Assembly: GCA_963719515.1 (NCBI GenBank)
Contig: CAVRCJ010000019.1
Span: forward strand, 96,001 to 160,000
Origin: an uncultured cyanobacterium
GTDB lineage: Bacteria; Cyanobacteriota; Cyanobacteriia; CAKZMO01
DNA length: 64,000 nucleotides
Direction of reading: 5' to 3'
This document shows, piece after piece, positions 21,572 to 30,616 of this stretch; the stretch's first letter is position 1, and each line of letters starts with the position of its first letter. Both the position numbers and the translations under genes were made by a program. The notes under the pieces were generated by a model. That model saw only the letters and a list, made by a program, of their open reading frames with translations. It had not been told where the DNA came from and did not search any database.

Positions 21572-21880
21572 TCAGCTCCCCAAATCGCCCTCAGCAGGCT
21601 CCCAGTCGCCATAGCGCGAGCCGTAATATTGGAGAATAGCCTTAACCTGCTGCCGTTCGACCGGGTCTGTATCGGCTGCGCAGCTGATTCTGAGTCCCCC
21701 AGCCTGGCTTTGGCGGTAGTCAAAAGATGATGACGACTGGGGCAGCACTTGTGCCATGATGCCGCTGCACTGGCGCAAATGAGCCGAAACCTCCCGATAA
21801 ACCGCCAAGGGAAGCTCCGGGCACTGAATGTCAATGGGTCCGTCGGAGTGAGACAGATCTATCACCGATGAAGAATGCAT
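21572..21880 (-). CDS. Conserved cyanobacterial hypothetical protein downstream of pedR
   Basis: LPLAVYREVSAHLRQ...FDYRQSQ...ILQYY.SRYG; 15 bp after pedR on the same strand. Confidence 0.78.
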   Translation of the reverse strand: MHSSSVIDLSHSDGPIDIQCPELPLAVYREVSAHLRQCSGIMAQVLPQSSSSFDYRQSQAGGLRISCAADTDPVERQQVKAILQYYGSRYGDWEPAEGDLGS

Positions 21881-21895
21881 TGGCTGGCGCTACGG

Positions 21896-22174
21896 TTAAC
21901 TGTCCGAGGCCACAACATCTGCAGGGACGGGGAGTGTGCAGCAGTTGACCTGGTCTAGGCAAACCTTACCCCATCTGAGCGCCCACCGCACAAGCTCGAC
22001 TCGGTTGGCCGTTGATGTTTTAGTCAAGACATTGCTGACGTGGTTGTCAACTGTCCGCTTGCTGATCTCCAAGGCCTCAGCAATTTCCTGATTTGTCAGC
22101 CCGACCGTCACGAGTTCGACAATCTGTAGCTCCCGCTCAGAGAGCGCTGCCTCCTTCTCACCGCCGCCTGTCAT
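21896..22174 (-). CDS. pedR: LuxR-type redox-responsive regulator PedR
   Basis: LSERELQI...TNQEIA...SKRTVDNH HTH followed by WGKVCLDQVNCC cysteines. Confidence 0.85.
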   Translation of the reverse strand: MTGGGEKEAALSERELQIVELVTVGLTNQEIAEALEISKRTVDNHVSNVLTKTSTANRVELVRWALRWGKVCLDQVNCCTLPVPADVVASDS

Positions 22175-22293
22175 TCCCACTTCACTCTGTATATGTACCT
22201 ATCCTGCTCATCATTCTAAAGGTTTATCGGCCAAAATACCGCACGACGCAGCCACATTTGAGCCTCAGTCGAGGTTCAAGTTACCATAGATCT

Positions 22294-23196
22294 ATGGCTA
22301 AAACTGTTGATGTACTCGGCGTTCCACACACCTACGAGTTGACGGTATCTGCCCACCAGACCTGCCTGGTCTTCGTTCACGGCTGGTTGCTGAGTCGGGC
22401 CTATTGGCGACCCCTAGTCGGCCAACTGCAGGGCTATTCCTGCCTGCTTTACGATCTGCGAGGATTTGGCGAGTCGCCTACCCCAGCCAGCCAGCCCGGC
22501 AGCTCTGAGAGTGAAAATTTGACGATGCAGGCCTCTTCCATAGCGATCGCCTCCCGGTACTCTCCAGCCGCCTACGCTCAGGATCTCAATCAGCTGCTAG
22601 AATCGCTCGACATCAAGTCGGCCTGGATTGTGGGCCACTCCCTAGGGGGAAGTATTGGTCTTTGGGCGGCGATGCAGGCCCCCGAGCGAATTCGCGGCTG
22701 CATTTGCGTTAACGCTGGCGGCGGCATCTACTTGAAAGAGGAGTTCGAGAAGTTTCGCAACGTGGGGCAGCAGCTAGTGCGGCTAAGGCCTTCCTGGCTA
22801 AGACGCCTACCGCTGGTTGATATCTTGATGGCCCGAATGAACGTCGCTCAGCCCATTGAACGGCAGTGGGGACGACAGCGCGTCCTCGATTTGCTTACCG
22901 CCGAATCTGATGCGGCTCTGGGGACGCTGCTAGAGTCCACCACCGAGGAGGAGGTCCACCGGCTGCCCCACGTGGTTTCTCACCTCACCCAGCCGGTCTA
23001 CTTTGTTGCAGGCGATGCGGACGACATCATGGAGCCCAAGTACGTCGATCACCTCGCTAGCTTTCATTACCTCTTTAGGGAGACGGGGCAAAACGCGATT
23101 AAGCTTCCCCGCTGTGGCCATTTCGCCATGGTTGAGCAGCCAGAACGCCTCGCCACAGAGATCAAAGCGATTTTAACGCGACATGTTGGCGGGTAG
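22294..23196 (+). CDS. Alpha/beta hydrolase
   Basis: VHGW, DLRGFG, GHSLGG nucleophile elbow, CGHF; start MAKTV at 22294. Confidence 0.9.
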   Translation: MAKTVDVLGVPHTYELTVSAHQTCLVFVHGWLLSRAYWRPLVGQLQGYSCLLYDLRGFGESPTPASQPGSSESENLTMQASSIAIASRYSPAAYAQDLNQLLESLDIKSAWIVGHSLGGSIGLWAAMQAPERIRGCICVNAGGGIYLKEEFEKFRNVGQQLVRLRPSWLRRLPLVDILMARMNVAQPIERQWGRQRVLDLLTAESDAALGTLLESTTEEEVHRLPHVVSHLTQPVYFVAGDADDIMEPKYVDHLASFHYLFRETGQNAIKLPRCGHFAMVEQPERLATEIKAILTRHVGG

Positions 23197-23317
23197 CGTT
23201 CGGGCAATTGACAACCGTTCGACTCAATTCCTAGAAAAATGCGTCGTTTCGTCGCACAATAGATAGCGAAGACATCAATAGTGATGCAGCTTTAGAATTT
23301 CTTGGAGGACGTTAAAT

Positions 23318-23428
23318 ATGGACTGGCGCGTTGTGGTTGTGCTATCTCCGATCATTTTGGCCGCTAGCTGGGCCGCGTTTAACATTGGGCGAGCTGCGAT
23401 CGCGCAGTTCCGAGGATTTTTGGACTAA
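23318..23428 (+). CDS. psbY: Photosystem II protein Y (not in the ORF track)
   Basis: [44 protein letters not shown] upstream. Confidence 0.93.
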   Translation: MDWRVVVVLSPIILAASWAAFNIGRAAIAQFRGFLD

Positions 23429-23448
23429 CTGGCAGGGCCTCTCGGCTC

Positions 23449-23475
23449 AAGGGCGCACAATTGTGCGCCCTTTTT
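23449..23475 (+). terminator. Perfect 24-bp palindrome plus T-tract after psbY (intrinsic terminator, REP-like)
   Basis: AAGGGCGCACAATTGTGCGCCCTT followed by TTT. Confidence 0.75.
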
Positions 23476-23517
23476 AATGACTTATTTTGATCACTTAAAC
23501 GTGGCCCTAGAAGAATC

Positions 23518-24366
23518 CTACCGCGGGGCTCGCGTTCCTCCGTTTAGATCTAGCAAAACGGGTAGGTTGCTCGAGCCGTCTCCCATCACAAGGACTCTAG
23601 GCATATTGGAGCCTCCCGAGCGCCAGGCTGCGATCGCTTCTTTTTGAAGCACCAGATCTCCGCCCGTTGCCTTGAGGGTCTCTGCCAGCATGCGCTGCGC
23701 TTCAGCTTTGCCCTGGGCGATATTGATGTCGGCCTGGGCCTGCTGCTCCGCTTCTTGGGCAATATAGACCGCTCTTTGGGCCTGCTGCTCAGCAATCTGC
23801 TTCTCTTCAACCGCGCGGGTAAACTCTGGCGTAAAGCTAAGGTCGATGACGCTGGTATCGAGGACCGTGACGGCGTATTTCTCCAACCGATCGCTGAGTG
23901 CATTATCAAAATCACTCTTGAGCAGCTCCCGCTCTGTGATTGATTGCTCAGCGGTTCGCTTAGCGGCAGCGATTTTGAACGATTCTTGGGTCTGCGGCGC
24001 GATCACCTTGGCAACGAGATTCTCCAGGGTTCCCTGACTGCGCCGAATGTCGACCACCTGCAGGGGTTCGATGCGAAAGTTGATGGCAAATCTAGCGGTT
24101 AGATCCTGGAGGTCTTTCGTTGAGGATTGAGCCGGCACCTCAAACTTCTGCACCGTTAGGTCATAGATGTCGACGTTTGAAATAAAGGGAGGCTTGACGT
24201 GGAGTCCTTCGAGCAGCGCTCCGTCTTGAGACTTGCCCAAAACGCTTAGTACCCCCGCCTGGCCTGGATTGATTACAACAAAGCAGTTAAAGGCCAGCAG
24301 CAAAACTGCAGCAGAGACAATGCCCAGCAGGACCGCTACAATGTTTTGGGCTTGGGGGTTCTTCAT
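23518..24366 (-). CDS. Prohibitin/SPFH (band 7) family protein, paralog 1
   Basis: N-terminal TM, INPGQAGV, TKDLQ, AVEEKQIAEQ coiled coil. Confidence 0.92.
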   Translation of the reverse strand: MKNPQAQNIVAVLLGIVSAAVLLLAFNCFVVINPGQAGVLSVLGKSQDGALLEGLHVKPPFISNVDIYDLTVQKFEVPAQSSTKDLQDLTARFAINFRIEPLQVVDIRRSQGTLENLVAKVIAPQTQESFKIAAAKRTAEQSITERELLKSDFDNALSDRLEKYAVTVLDTSVIDLSFTPEFTRAVEEKQIAEQQAQRAVYIAQEAEQQAQADINIAQGKAEAQRMLAETLKATGGDLVLQKEAIAAWRSGGSNMPRVLVMGDGSSNLPVLLDLNGGTRAPR

Positions 24367-24398
24367 GTTTAAAGTATTTAGTATTTGGTTTACCAGCG

Positions 24399-24608
24399 TC
24401 AGTAGCTGAGCTTAAGCGCTGTTACGGGGACCTCATCCCATGAATCAACATTCCGCAGCCGCGCTACCCAGCCCTCTAGTCGCTGCGCGTCCGTTAGCTT
24501 AGCTACAAATTCCTCGTGGCAGGCTTCAGCCTGGCCGCGATCGCGGGTGGCAATGCAGGCCTGAATTAGGCCACAGGAATCAACCTGCTCATTAACCCAG
24601 ATTGTCAT
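24399..24608 (-). CDS. Small conserved cyanobacterial protein (MTIWVNEQ family), function unknown
   Basis: MTIWVNEQVD...ACIA...CHE...GW.ARLR.V.SWDEVP..ALKL; GGAG RBS upstream. Confidence 0.75.
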   Translation of the reverse strand: MTIWVNEQVDSCGLIQACIATRDRGQAEACHEEFVAKLTDAQRLEGWVARLRNVDSWDEVPVTALKLSY

Positions 24609-24664
24609 TCAGCTCTCCTACGCATTCTCTGCCATCGTAGCGCTAATCGGTATCGGACAGCGCT

Positions 24665-25846
24665 CTAGCGCAGCCATCCTTCTAGCTGAGCTGCAATCTG
24701 AGGGCGGCGCAACTTGCGCATTGCCCGAGTTTGAATTTGTCGAACCCGCTCACGGGACAGATTAAAGTGACGGCTAACCTCCTCTAGAGTATGAAACTGT
24801 CCTGTTTCAAGGCCGTACCGCAGGGCAATCACGTCGTGCTCATGGGCTGTCAGCGCGCTGGCCAGTACCCGATGTAGATCCTGACGGAGAATAGCGTCGT
24901 CGATGTGACGCTCAGGCGGACAGCTCGTCCCATCTTCCAAAAGGTCCAGCAATTCAGTGTCTTCTTCTTTGCCGACGCGGTAGTTGAGAGACAGGGCCTT
25001 ACGCCTCATCTGCTGAAGACGGCGAAGCTGCGGCAGCGGCAGATCCATCGCGTTTGCGAGTTCAGCTTCCGACGGCGATCGCCCCAGCTGGTGGTTCAGC
25101 TCCTGATAGGTCTTTCTAAGGCGGTTGAGTTTCTCAGTGACGTGGATTGGCAGGCGAATGGTGCGGGCATCGTTGGCGATCGCGCGGGTAATGCCTTGGC
25201 GAATCCACCAGTAGGCGTAGGTCGAAAACTTATAGCCTTTCTCGGGGTCAAACTTTTCGGTCGCTCGGTGGAGGCCGAGGCTCCCCTCCTGAATCAAGTC
25301 GAGGAAAGGAATGCCGCGGTTGAGGTAGCGTTTGGCAATTGAGACGACAAGCCGTAGATTCGAGCGCACCATCACTAGCTTTGCCTGACAGCCGCAGCGC
25401 TGCTGCTGCCGCAGCTGAGCCGGCGTGAGCTCAAGGGCGATCGCCAGCTCGTCATCTGAGGGTGGTCGCCGATACTCCTGCTGCAGCTGGCTGCGAGCGG
25501 CATTGATTTGGCTGAGGGTCTGCACGCGGCGGGCCAACAATAGCTCTTCTTCCGCCGTCAATAGAGGATAGCGGGCCATCTCTTTGAAGAAGGCCCCGGT
25601 AGCGTCGTCTGAAGGAGTTTTGACGTAGAGGGGGGGCGAGGCGGAGCCGTCTTCACGGTCGGAGCCAGAGTCGACGGGGCCAAAGTCGACAGCGCGACCA
25701 ACGGCTGCGAGCGGCAAATCCAGATCAGAGGTCGTATCGAGGGCTTTGGAATAGGGATCAAAGGCGGGACGATCATTCTGTGGCGCAGCAAGCGGAGCCA
25801 CAGACGATTGTGAGGAAGAGCGATTGGGCTGTCGAGGTGATCCCAT
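24665..25846 (-). CDS. sigE: Group 2 sigma-70 factor (SigE-like)
   Basis: GAFFKEMARYPLL region 1.2, NLRLVVSIAKRY, KFSTYAYWWIRQ, SRERVRQI. Start (25846 vs 25927) and subgroup are uncertain. Confidence 0.8.
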   Translation of the reverse strand: MGSPRQPNRSSSQSSVAPLAAPQNDRPAFDPYSKALDTTSDLDLPLAAVGRAVDFGPVDSGSDREDGSASPPLYVKTPSDDATGAFFKEMARYPLLTAEEELLLARRVQTLSQINAARSQLQQEYRRPPSDDELAIALELTPAQLRQQQRCGCQAKLVMVRSNLRLVVSIAKRYLNRGIPFLDLIQEGSLGLHRATEKFDPEKGYKFSTYAYWWIRQGITRAIANDARTIRLPIHVTEKLNRLRKTYQELNHQLGRSPSEAELANAMDLPLPQLRRLQQMRRKALSLNYRVGKEEDTELLDLLEDGTSCPPERHIDDAILRQDLHRVLASALTAHEHDVIALRYGLETGQFHTLEEVSRHFNLSRERVRQIQTRAMRKLRRPQIAAQLEGWLR

Positions 25847-26010
25847 AGGCTGCCAGGCGATCGTTATAGATGACCTTAGACCTGTGTCAGCGGTTTGACT
25901 ACCGCGTATCCACAGAAACAGAGCCACATCTTGGCTAAAGCAACAGCAGCACGCTCCGTAGATCTACAGGCGTCTTTGAGCGGTAAAGATCGTCCTTAGC
26001 AGGGTGAGTT

Positions 26011-27528
26011 CTATTCAGTAAACGAGGTTTCATCCAGGTAGCCCAACCGGTTGTAGGGGCTCATTGCCGTCAAAATCTGCTGTCCGTAGCTGCGGTGGTT
26101 CACCCGGTTGTCCAGTAGGGCAACGATGCCACGCTCTTGGCGGAGGGGGGCGATCGCCCGCTGCAGCTCGTTGAGAGTTTCCGGAAGCAGGTAGTGGGTA
26201 AACCAGTTGAGGCGCTTTTTTTTGTAGTAGGCTACCCGCCCCGCCACTAGGGGATCTTCTAGAGAGGGGATGGGCAGCGTCGTGACCACTAGCAGCTGGG
26301 GAATGGGCAAAACCGCCTGCTGCTCCTGCCAATAGCGCCAGCCGGTCACCAAAACGCCAGTGTCATCCAGGCAAGTCCGCTCGACCTGGACGCGCGATCC
26401 GTATTCTGCCGCGAGGGTCGCTCCCACCTGAGCTTTGAGAGGGACGTCATTGACCAACAGCACAACAAGCCCGCTACCCGTGGACGTCAGCGCGAGCAGC
26501 GAACGAATCTCCATGAGCAAGGCCGACTGAAACTGAGGCGTGTTGGGCATGGGGAGGCGATCGGGCAAATAGAGCTGAATCGACTCATGGTGACGGTCGG
26601 GGGAGAACTTGATATAGGTCGGGTCTGAGAGCCCTAGCCGCTCCCGATAGATCAGCGCCTCGCTGTGATCATCCAAGGCACCACCGACCAGCACAAAGGG
26701 CTGCCGCTGCCATACCGGCTGCATCCACGGCGCTACCTCAACAGGAGCTTCATGGAGGGAGAACTGTCCCTGCTCGCGGGAGAGGGTCGCCCAGAGGAGA
26801 AGGTTGGGCTGCTGAAACCGCTCAAAAAACTGCTGCCAGGGGGGACAGTCGTCTAACCCATTAGCGGCCGTGGTCCGCAGGTGGTGATAAAGGTCAGATA
26901 AGGCCAGCTTCTCTGAAGACTCAAGGAGGTAGCAACCGTAGGGGTTGGGAGGGCGATGGCAAAGGTCATGGGTGAGCTGGACTAAGGTTTCCCGAATGAC
27001 TGACCCCTGTTCGGGGCGGGCCAGCCTCAGCGCTGACCAGTGACCTGGGGTGAGGTGCCGTGATAGGGCGTGGCGGACCTGTCGCTCTAGATCGTCAGCG
27101 CCATCAATCAGCGTGAGGATTCCGTCAGGAAGGTGCGGCGATTCTAGGCGATCGCGCAGCCAGGTTTCAGGAGACGTGATCAAAATGCCGCGAAAATTTG
27201 GGGAGGGCCAGCGATCGCCCTGGCAGATGGCCTTGCTGGTGGTCATCCACTGCTTGAGCCGGGGAATTTCGACATATAGCAGCCGCTGCTGCAGGCTTTC
27301 GGAGGCCACAATGATCACAGGTTCGGGCCAGGCCATAGCAGGCAGCAGATAGCTCAACCGATAGCAGCCGTAGAGACCAGAGGGCGGTCCTGCCTGAATT
27401 AGAGCGCTGCGCCGCAGCCTGAACGCACGCGCTATAAGCCTCGCCATCGTTAAGTGGTGGGGCCATACGGGTTCTCCCTGCTCCCGCAGGAACGCTCGCA
27501 GCTGCTGATGGACCTCTACCTCGATCAC
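26011..27528 (-). CDS. DinG/YoaA-like helicase C-terminal domain protein with degenerate ATPase motifs
   Basis: MIEVEVH start (GTG 27528), WPHHLTMARL, LPIPSLEDPL, VALLDNRV...YG helicase_C_2-like C-terminus. Confidence 0.82.
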   Translation of the reverse strand: MIEVEVHQQLRAFLREQGEPVWPHHLTMARLIARAFRLRRSALIQAGPPSGLYGCYRLSYLLPAMAWPEPVIIVASESLQQRLLYVEIPRLKQWMTTSKAICQGDRWPSPNFRGILITSPETWLRDRLESPHLPDGILTLIDGADDLERQVRHALSRHLTPGHWSALRLARPEQGSVIRETLVQLTHDLCHRPPNPYGCYLLESSEKLALSDLYHHLRTTAANGLDDCPPWQQFFERFQQPNLLLWATLSREQGQFSLHEAPVEVAPWMQPVWQRQPFVLVGGALDDHSEALIYRERLGLSDPTYIKFSPDRHHESIQLYLPDRLPMPNTPQFQSALLMEIRSLLALTSTGSGLVVLLVNDVPLKAQVGATLAAEYGSRVQVERTCLDDTGVLVTGWRYWQEQQAVLPIPQLLVVTTLPIPSLEDPLVAGRVAYYKKKRLNWFTHYLLPETLNELQRAIAPLRQERGIVALLDNRVNHRSYGQQILTAMSPYNRLGYLDETSFTE

Positions 27529-27685
27529 CCGTGAACGGCCTCTAAGACAATGCACCCTATTGTGACATACCTACCTTGAGAGGACGGTGGCCGCTTTAAC
27601 CCCTTGACTTCGTGATAGATTAGCTGGGCTTTGGTGCGTTTGGGACGCGCCCCAACCCACCGCAATAGGAGCTAGCACCCTGCAA

Positions 27686-28540
27686 ATGGGCACCCTGCAA
27701 ATTGGAATTATTGGACTAGGGTTGATTGGCGGATCTTTGGCCCTCGACCTCAAGGCAAAAACGAGCTACGAGGTGGTTGGCATCAGCCGTCGGCAGGAGA
27801 TTTGCGATCGCGCCATCGGGCGGCGGATGGTCGACCAGGCCAGCACCGATCTGAGCCTGTTGGCCACGGCAGACCTGGTGGTTATCTGTACGCCGCTGCA
27901 CGCCATCGCCCCCACCGTCCAGCAGCTGGTGCCCCATCTCAAGGCTGACGCCGTGTTGACCGATGTCGGTTCCGTCAAGCAGTCGGTGGTCGCGGCGGTG
28001 GAGCCTCTGTGGCCCCGCTTCGTAGGCGGCCACCCCATGGCCGGGACGGCCCACCAGGGTTTAGAGGCAGCAGTCGCTAATCTGTTTGTGGGTCGACCCT
28101 ACGTCCTTACCCCTACAGCAGCTACGCCAGCGGCGGCAATAGAGCGGGTAAACCAGATGATTCAGCCGCTGGACTGCGTGGTGTACCGGTGTGACCCAGC
28201 AATACATGATCAGGCCGTTGCCTGGATATCCCATCTGCCGGTAATGGTGAGCGCCAGCGTGATCGCCGCCTGCACCCAGGCCGAGGCCGACGTTCTCACT
28301 TTGGCTCAGTCGGTCGCCAGCTCTGGGTTCCGCGACACCTCCCGGGTGGGCGGGGGGAACCCGGAGCTAGGGGTAATGATGGCCCAATACAACCGCCACA
28401 ACCTGCTGCGATCGCTCCAGGTTTACCGGCAGCAGCTCGACCAGCTCACCGACAGTATTGAGCGGCAAGACTGGGCGGCGCTAGACGCCGCGCTCAGACA
28501 GACCCAAGGCGATCGCCCTGCGTTTGTACCGGAGCCCTAG
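27686..28540 (+). CDS. tyrA: Prephenate/arogenate dehydrogenase
   Basis: GIIGLGLIGGS, TDVGSVK, GGHPMAG, HDQAVAWISHLP, GFRDTSRVGGG. Confidence 0.95.
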   Translation: MGTLQIGIIGLGLIGGSLALDLKAKTSYEVVGISRRQEICDRAIGRRMVDQASTDLSLLATADLVVICTPLHAIAPTVQQLVPHLKADAVLTDVGSVKQSVVAAVEPLWPRFVGGHPMAGTAHQGLEAAVANLFVGRPYVLTPTAATPAAAIERVNQMIQPLDCVVYRCDPAIHDQAVAWISHLPVMVSASVIAACTQAEADVLTLAQSVASSGFRDTSRVGGGNPELGVMMAQYNRHNLLRSLQVYRQQLDQLTDSIERQDWAALDAALRQTQGDRPAFVPEP

Positions 28541-28554
28541 CGCTTCGAACCAGT

Positions 28555-29142
28555 CTACGAATCCTGCTGTAGGGCATCGAGCTGGGCCAGCACCTCGCGG
28601 CTGTGGCCCGCAGGTCTAACCCCCGTGAACCGCGCCCGCATTGTCCCATCGGGATCAACGATGTAGGTGTGCCGCAGGGAGGAGACGCCGAGCCAAGAGC
28701 CGTAAGCCTTGCTCACCGAGCCATCGGTATCGGCCAGCAGGGAAAAGGTGAGCCCCTCAGAGTCGCAAAATTCGGCGTGGGAATCAACGTCGTCGACGCT
28801 GATGCCGACGATTTGGGCGTTGCGATCGCTGTATTGAGGCAGGTCGCGCTGGAACCGCTGCGCCTCTAGGGTACAGCCGGGAGTGAAGTCTTTGGGGTAG
28901 AAGTAGACCACAAGCCACTGACCGAGGTAATCCGCCAGGGAAACGGAACCCTCTCCCGTATTGGTTGGCAGCGTGAAGCTAGGAGCGGGCTCGTTGAGGG
29001 GGGGCTGTGGCCCGCCGAGGGCCAGCGCGGGCGGGGCAAGAACTACCAGGGTAAGGGCAATTGTAAGTGAGAGAAAAAGATCGATGCTGGACTTTGTCCA
29101 GTTTCTAATTTGATTCACGGTTGGCTCGCCGGGTTGCAACAC
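28555..29142 (-). CDS. bcp: Peroxiredoxin Q/BCP with N-terminal signal/TM segment
   Basis: YFYPKDFTPGCTLEA, GISVD. Confidence 0.9.
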   Translation of the reverse strand: MLQPGEPTVNQIRNWTKSSIDLFLSLTIALTLVVLAPPALALGGPQPPLNEPAPSFTLPTNTGEGSVSLADYLGQWLVVYFYPKDFTPGCTLEAQRFQRDLPQYSDRNAQIVGISVDDVDSHAEFCDSEGLTFSLLADTDGSVSKAYGSWLGVSSLRHTYIVDPDGTMRARFTGVRPAGHSREVLAQLDALQQDS

Positions 29143-29160
29143 ACATAGGGTATCAGCATA

Positions 29161-29715
29161 TCAATCCGTGGCCTGAGCCATTCGCCACCAGCGGTTGAGG
29201 GGGTAGTAGATAACCGGAGCCCAAAGGCTGCTCAAGATGGCGGAACTCAGCGTAATTTGCTGGTGGTAAAGCCAGGTGCGGGTGAGGAGGGGGTAGGATT
29301 TTGGCACCGCGTTGAGGAGATACTGGAGGCTAAACTGAATTGCCATCACGGTTTCCACCAAAATTGCCATGGCAAACACGATCATGGCTACTGAAATAAA
29401 ATCTTCCTGAATGTATTTTTGCTTCTGCAGCCGGGCCGTCAGCACCCCCGCCAAAATTAGTCCAAGCGTATGGGTGGGCTGGGGCATGCTCATACCGTCT
29501 TGAATCAGCCCTAGGCAAAGGCCAGCGATCGCCCCTTGAAAGACAGATCGCTTCAGGCTCCAGGCGACAACCCAGATCAAAAGCCAGTTTGGCCCAGCTC
29601 CTAAAAGCTCGATACCCGAGAACCGAGCCGGCAGAACCATCACGCAGACGGCAACGGAAGCCGCCGTAACCGTCCAATCTAGAACACGCTTCAGGGTGGG
29701 ATTAAGGGTTTCCAT
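29161..29715 (-). CDS. mreD: Rod shape-determining protein MreD
   Basis: GPNWLLIWVVAWS, LGLIQDGM, QEDFIS, SSLWAP; third gene of mreBCD. Confidence 0.92.
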   Translation of the reverse strand: METLNPTLKRVLDWTVTAASVAVCVMVLPARFSGIELLGAGPNWLLIWVVAWSLKRSVFQGAIAGLCLGLIQDGMSMPQPTHTLGLILAGVLTARLQKQKYIQEDFISVAMIVFAMAILVETVMAIQFSLQYLLNAVPKSYPLLTRTWLYHQQITLSSAILSSLWAPVIYYPLNRWWRMAQATD

Positions 29716-30490
29716 TGTCTGGCGTCGTGGCTGCAGTGCCCAGCCCATCCCGCTGCGGATTGGAGTAGACGGTGACCCACTCTAATCGGCTGATGGGCGA
29801 TGAAATTTCGATGACGGCCTCCGGGGCCGGTGACTTAGTCAGATCAATTGAGCGCACGGTCCCTACCGGAATACCCACCGGGAAAAGTTGGCTAAGGCGT
29901 GATGTGACCACCACATCCCCCGGACGAATGTCGGGCACCTTGTCAAACAAAACCATCACGGCTTGATCCCCCGCCTGTCCCCGCAGATAGCCCATGGCCC
30001 GAGAACGACTCACCGTCACACCCACCTGACTCGCCGGATCGCTGAGGAGCAAAACTCGGCTCGTGTTTGGCGTAGCGTGGGTAACGCGTCCCACCAGTCC
30101 GCCTACCCCAGCGACCACGTCGCCCACCTGCACTCCGGCACTTTTGCCCTGGCCCAGCAAAAGCTGGTGCCACCATTGATCTGTGCTCCGACCGATGACG
30201 GGGGCAAACACTTTGTCAACAGGGGTCAGGTCCGGCGAATCCAAAAGCGATCGCAGCTGCTGGTTTTGCTGCTGCATTTCCTGCAGCTGGCCCTGAAGCT
30301 CCCGAACGCGGGCTGTCTCAATAGCCTCTGCGTCAGATGGCGCAGCCTGAGCGAGCTGCTGCATCCAGCGATAGACTTCTAGAACGGGTAGACCATTGGT
30401 TTGCCGAACGAGCCAGGCTGCGACCAGGGCCAGTGATATCAGCCCTAGCCGCAGTCCGTGAAGCTCCCACCAGCGGCGAAACGTATACAT
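29702..30490 (-). CDS. mreC: Rod shape-determining protein MreC
   Basis: TM plus coiled coil, GGLVGRV, GDVVVTS..S.LFP.GIPVG. Confidence 0.95.
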   Translation of the reverse strand: MYTFRRWWELHGLRLGLISLALVAAWLVRQTNGLPVLEVYRWMQQLAQAAPSDAEAIETARVRELQGQLQEMQQQNQQLRSLLDSPDLTPVDKVFAPVIGRSTDQWWHQLLLGQGKSAGVQVGDVVAGVGGLVGRVTHATPNTSRVLLLSDPASQVGVTVSRSRAMGYLRGQAGDQAVMVLFDKVPDIRPGDVVVTSRLSQLFPVGIPVGTVRSIDLTKSPAPEAVIEISSPISRLEWVTVYSNPQRDGLGTAATTPDNGNP

Positions 30491-30616
30491 TCTGATGACT
30501 CGATGACGGTAATGTATAGAACAAAAAAGAAGGGAATACGCGGAGCACAGCGCTCTAAAACCGGGTGAGTTTGAGCGATCGCTGCCAATTAATAATCCCT
30601 TCGATATTACTTAACA

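Noticed and set aside
22093..22293. Long N-terminal extension of the alpha/beta hydrolase (similarly cysH 19338-19448)
   Set aside because: The hydrolase extension overlaps divergent pedR; in both genes family-like sequence starts at the downstream ATG.
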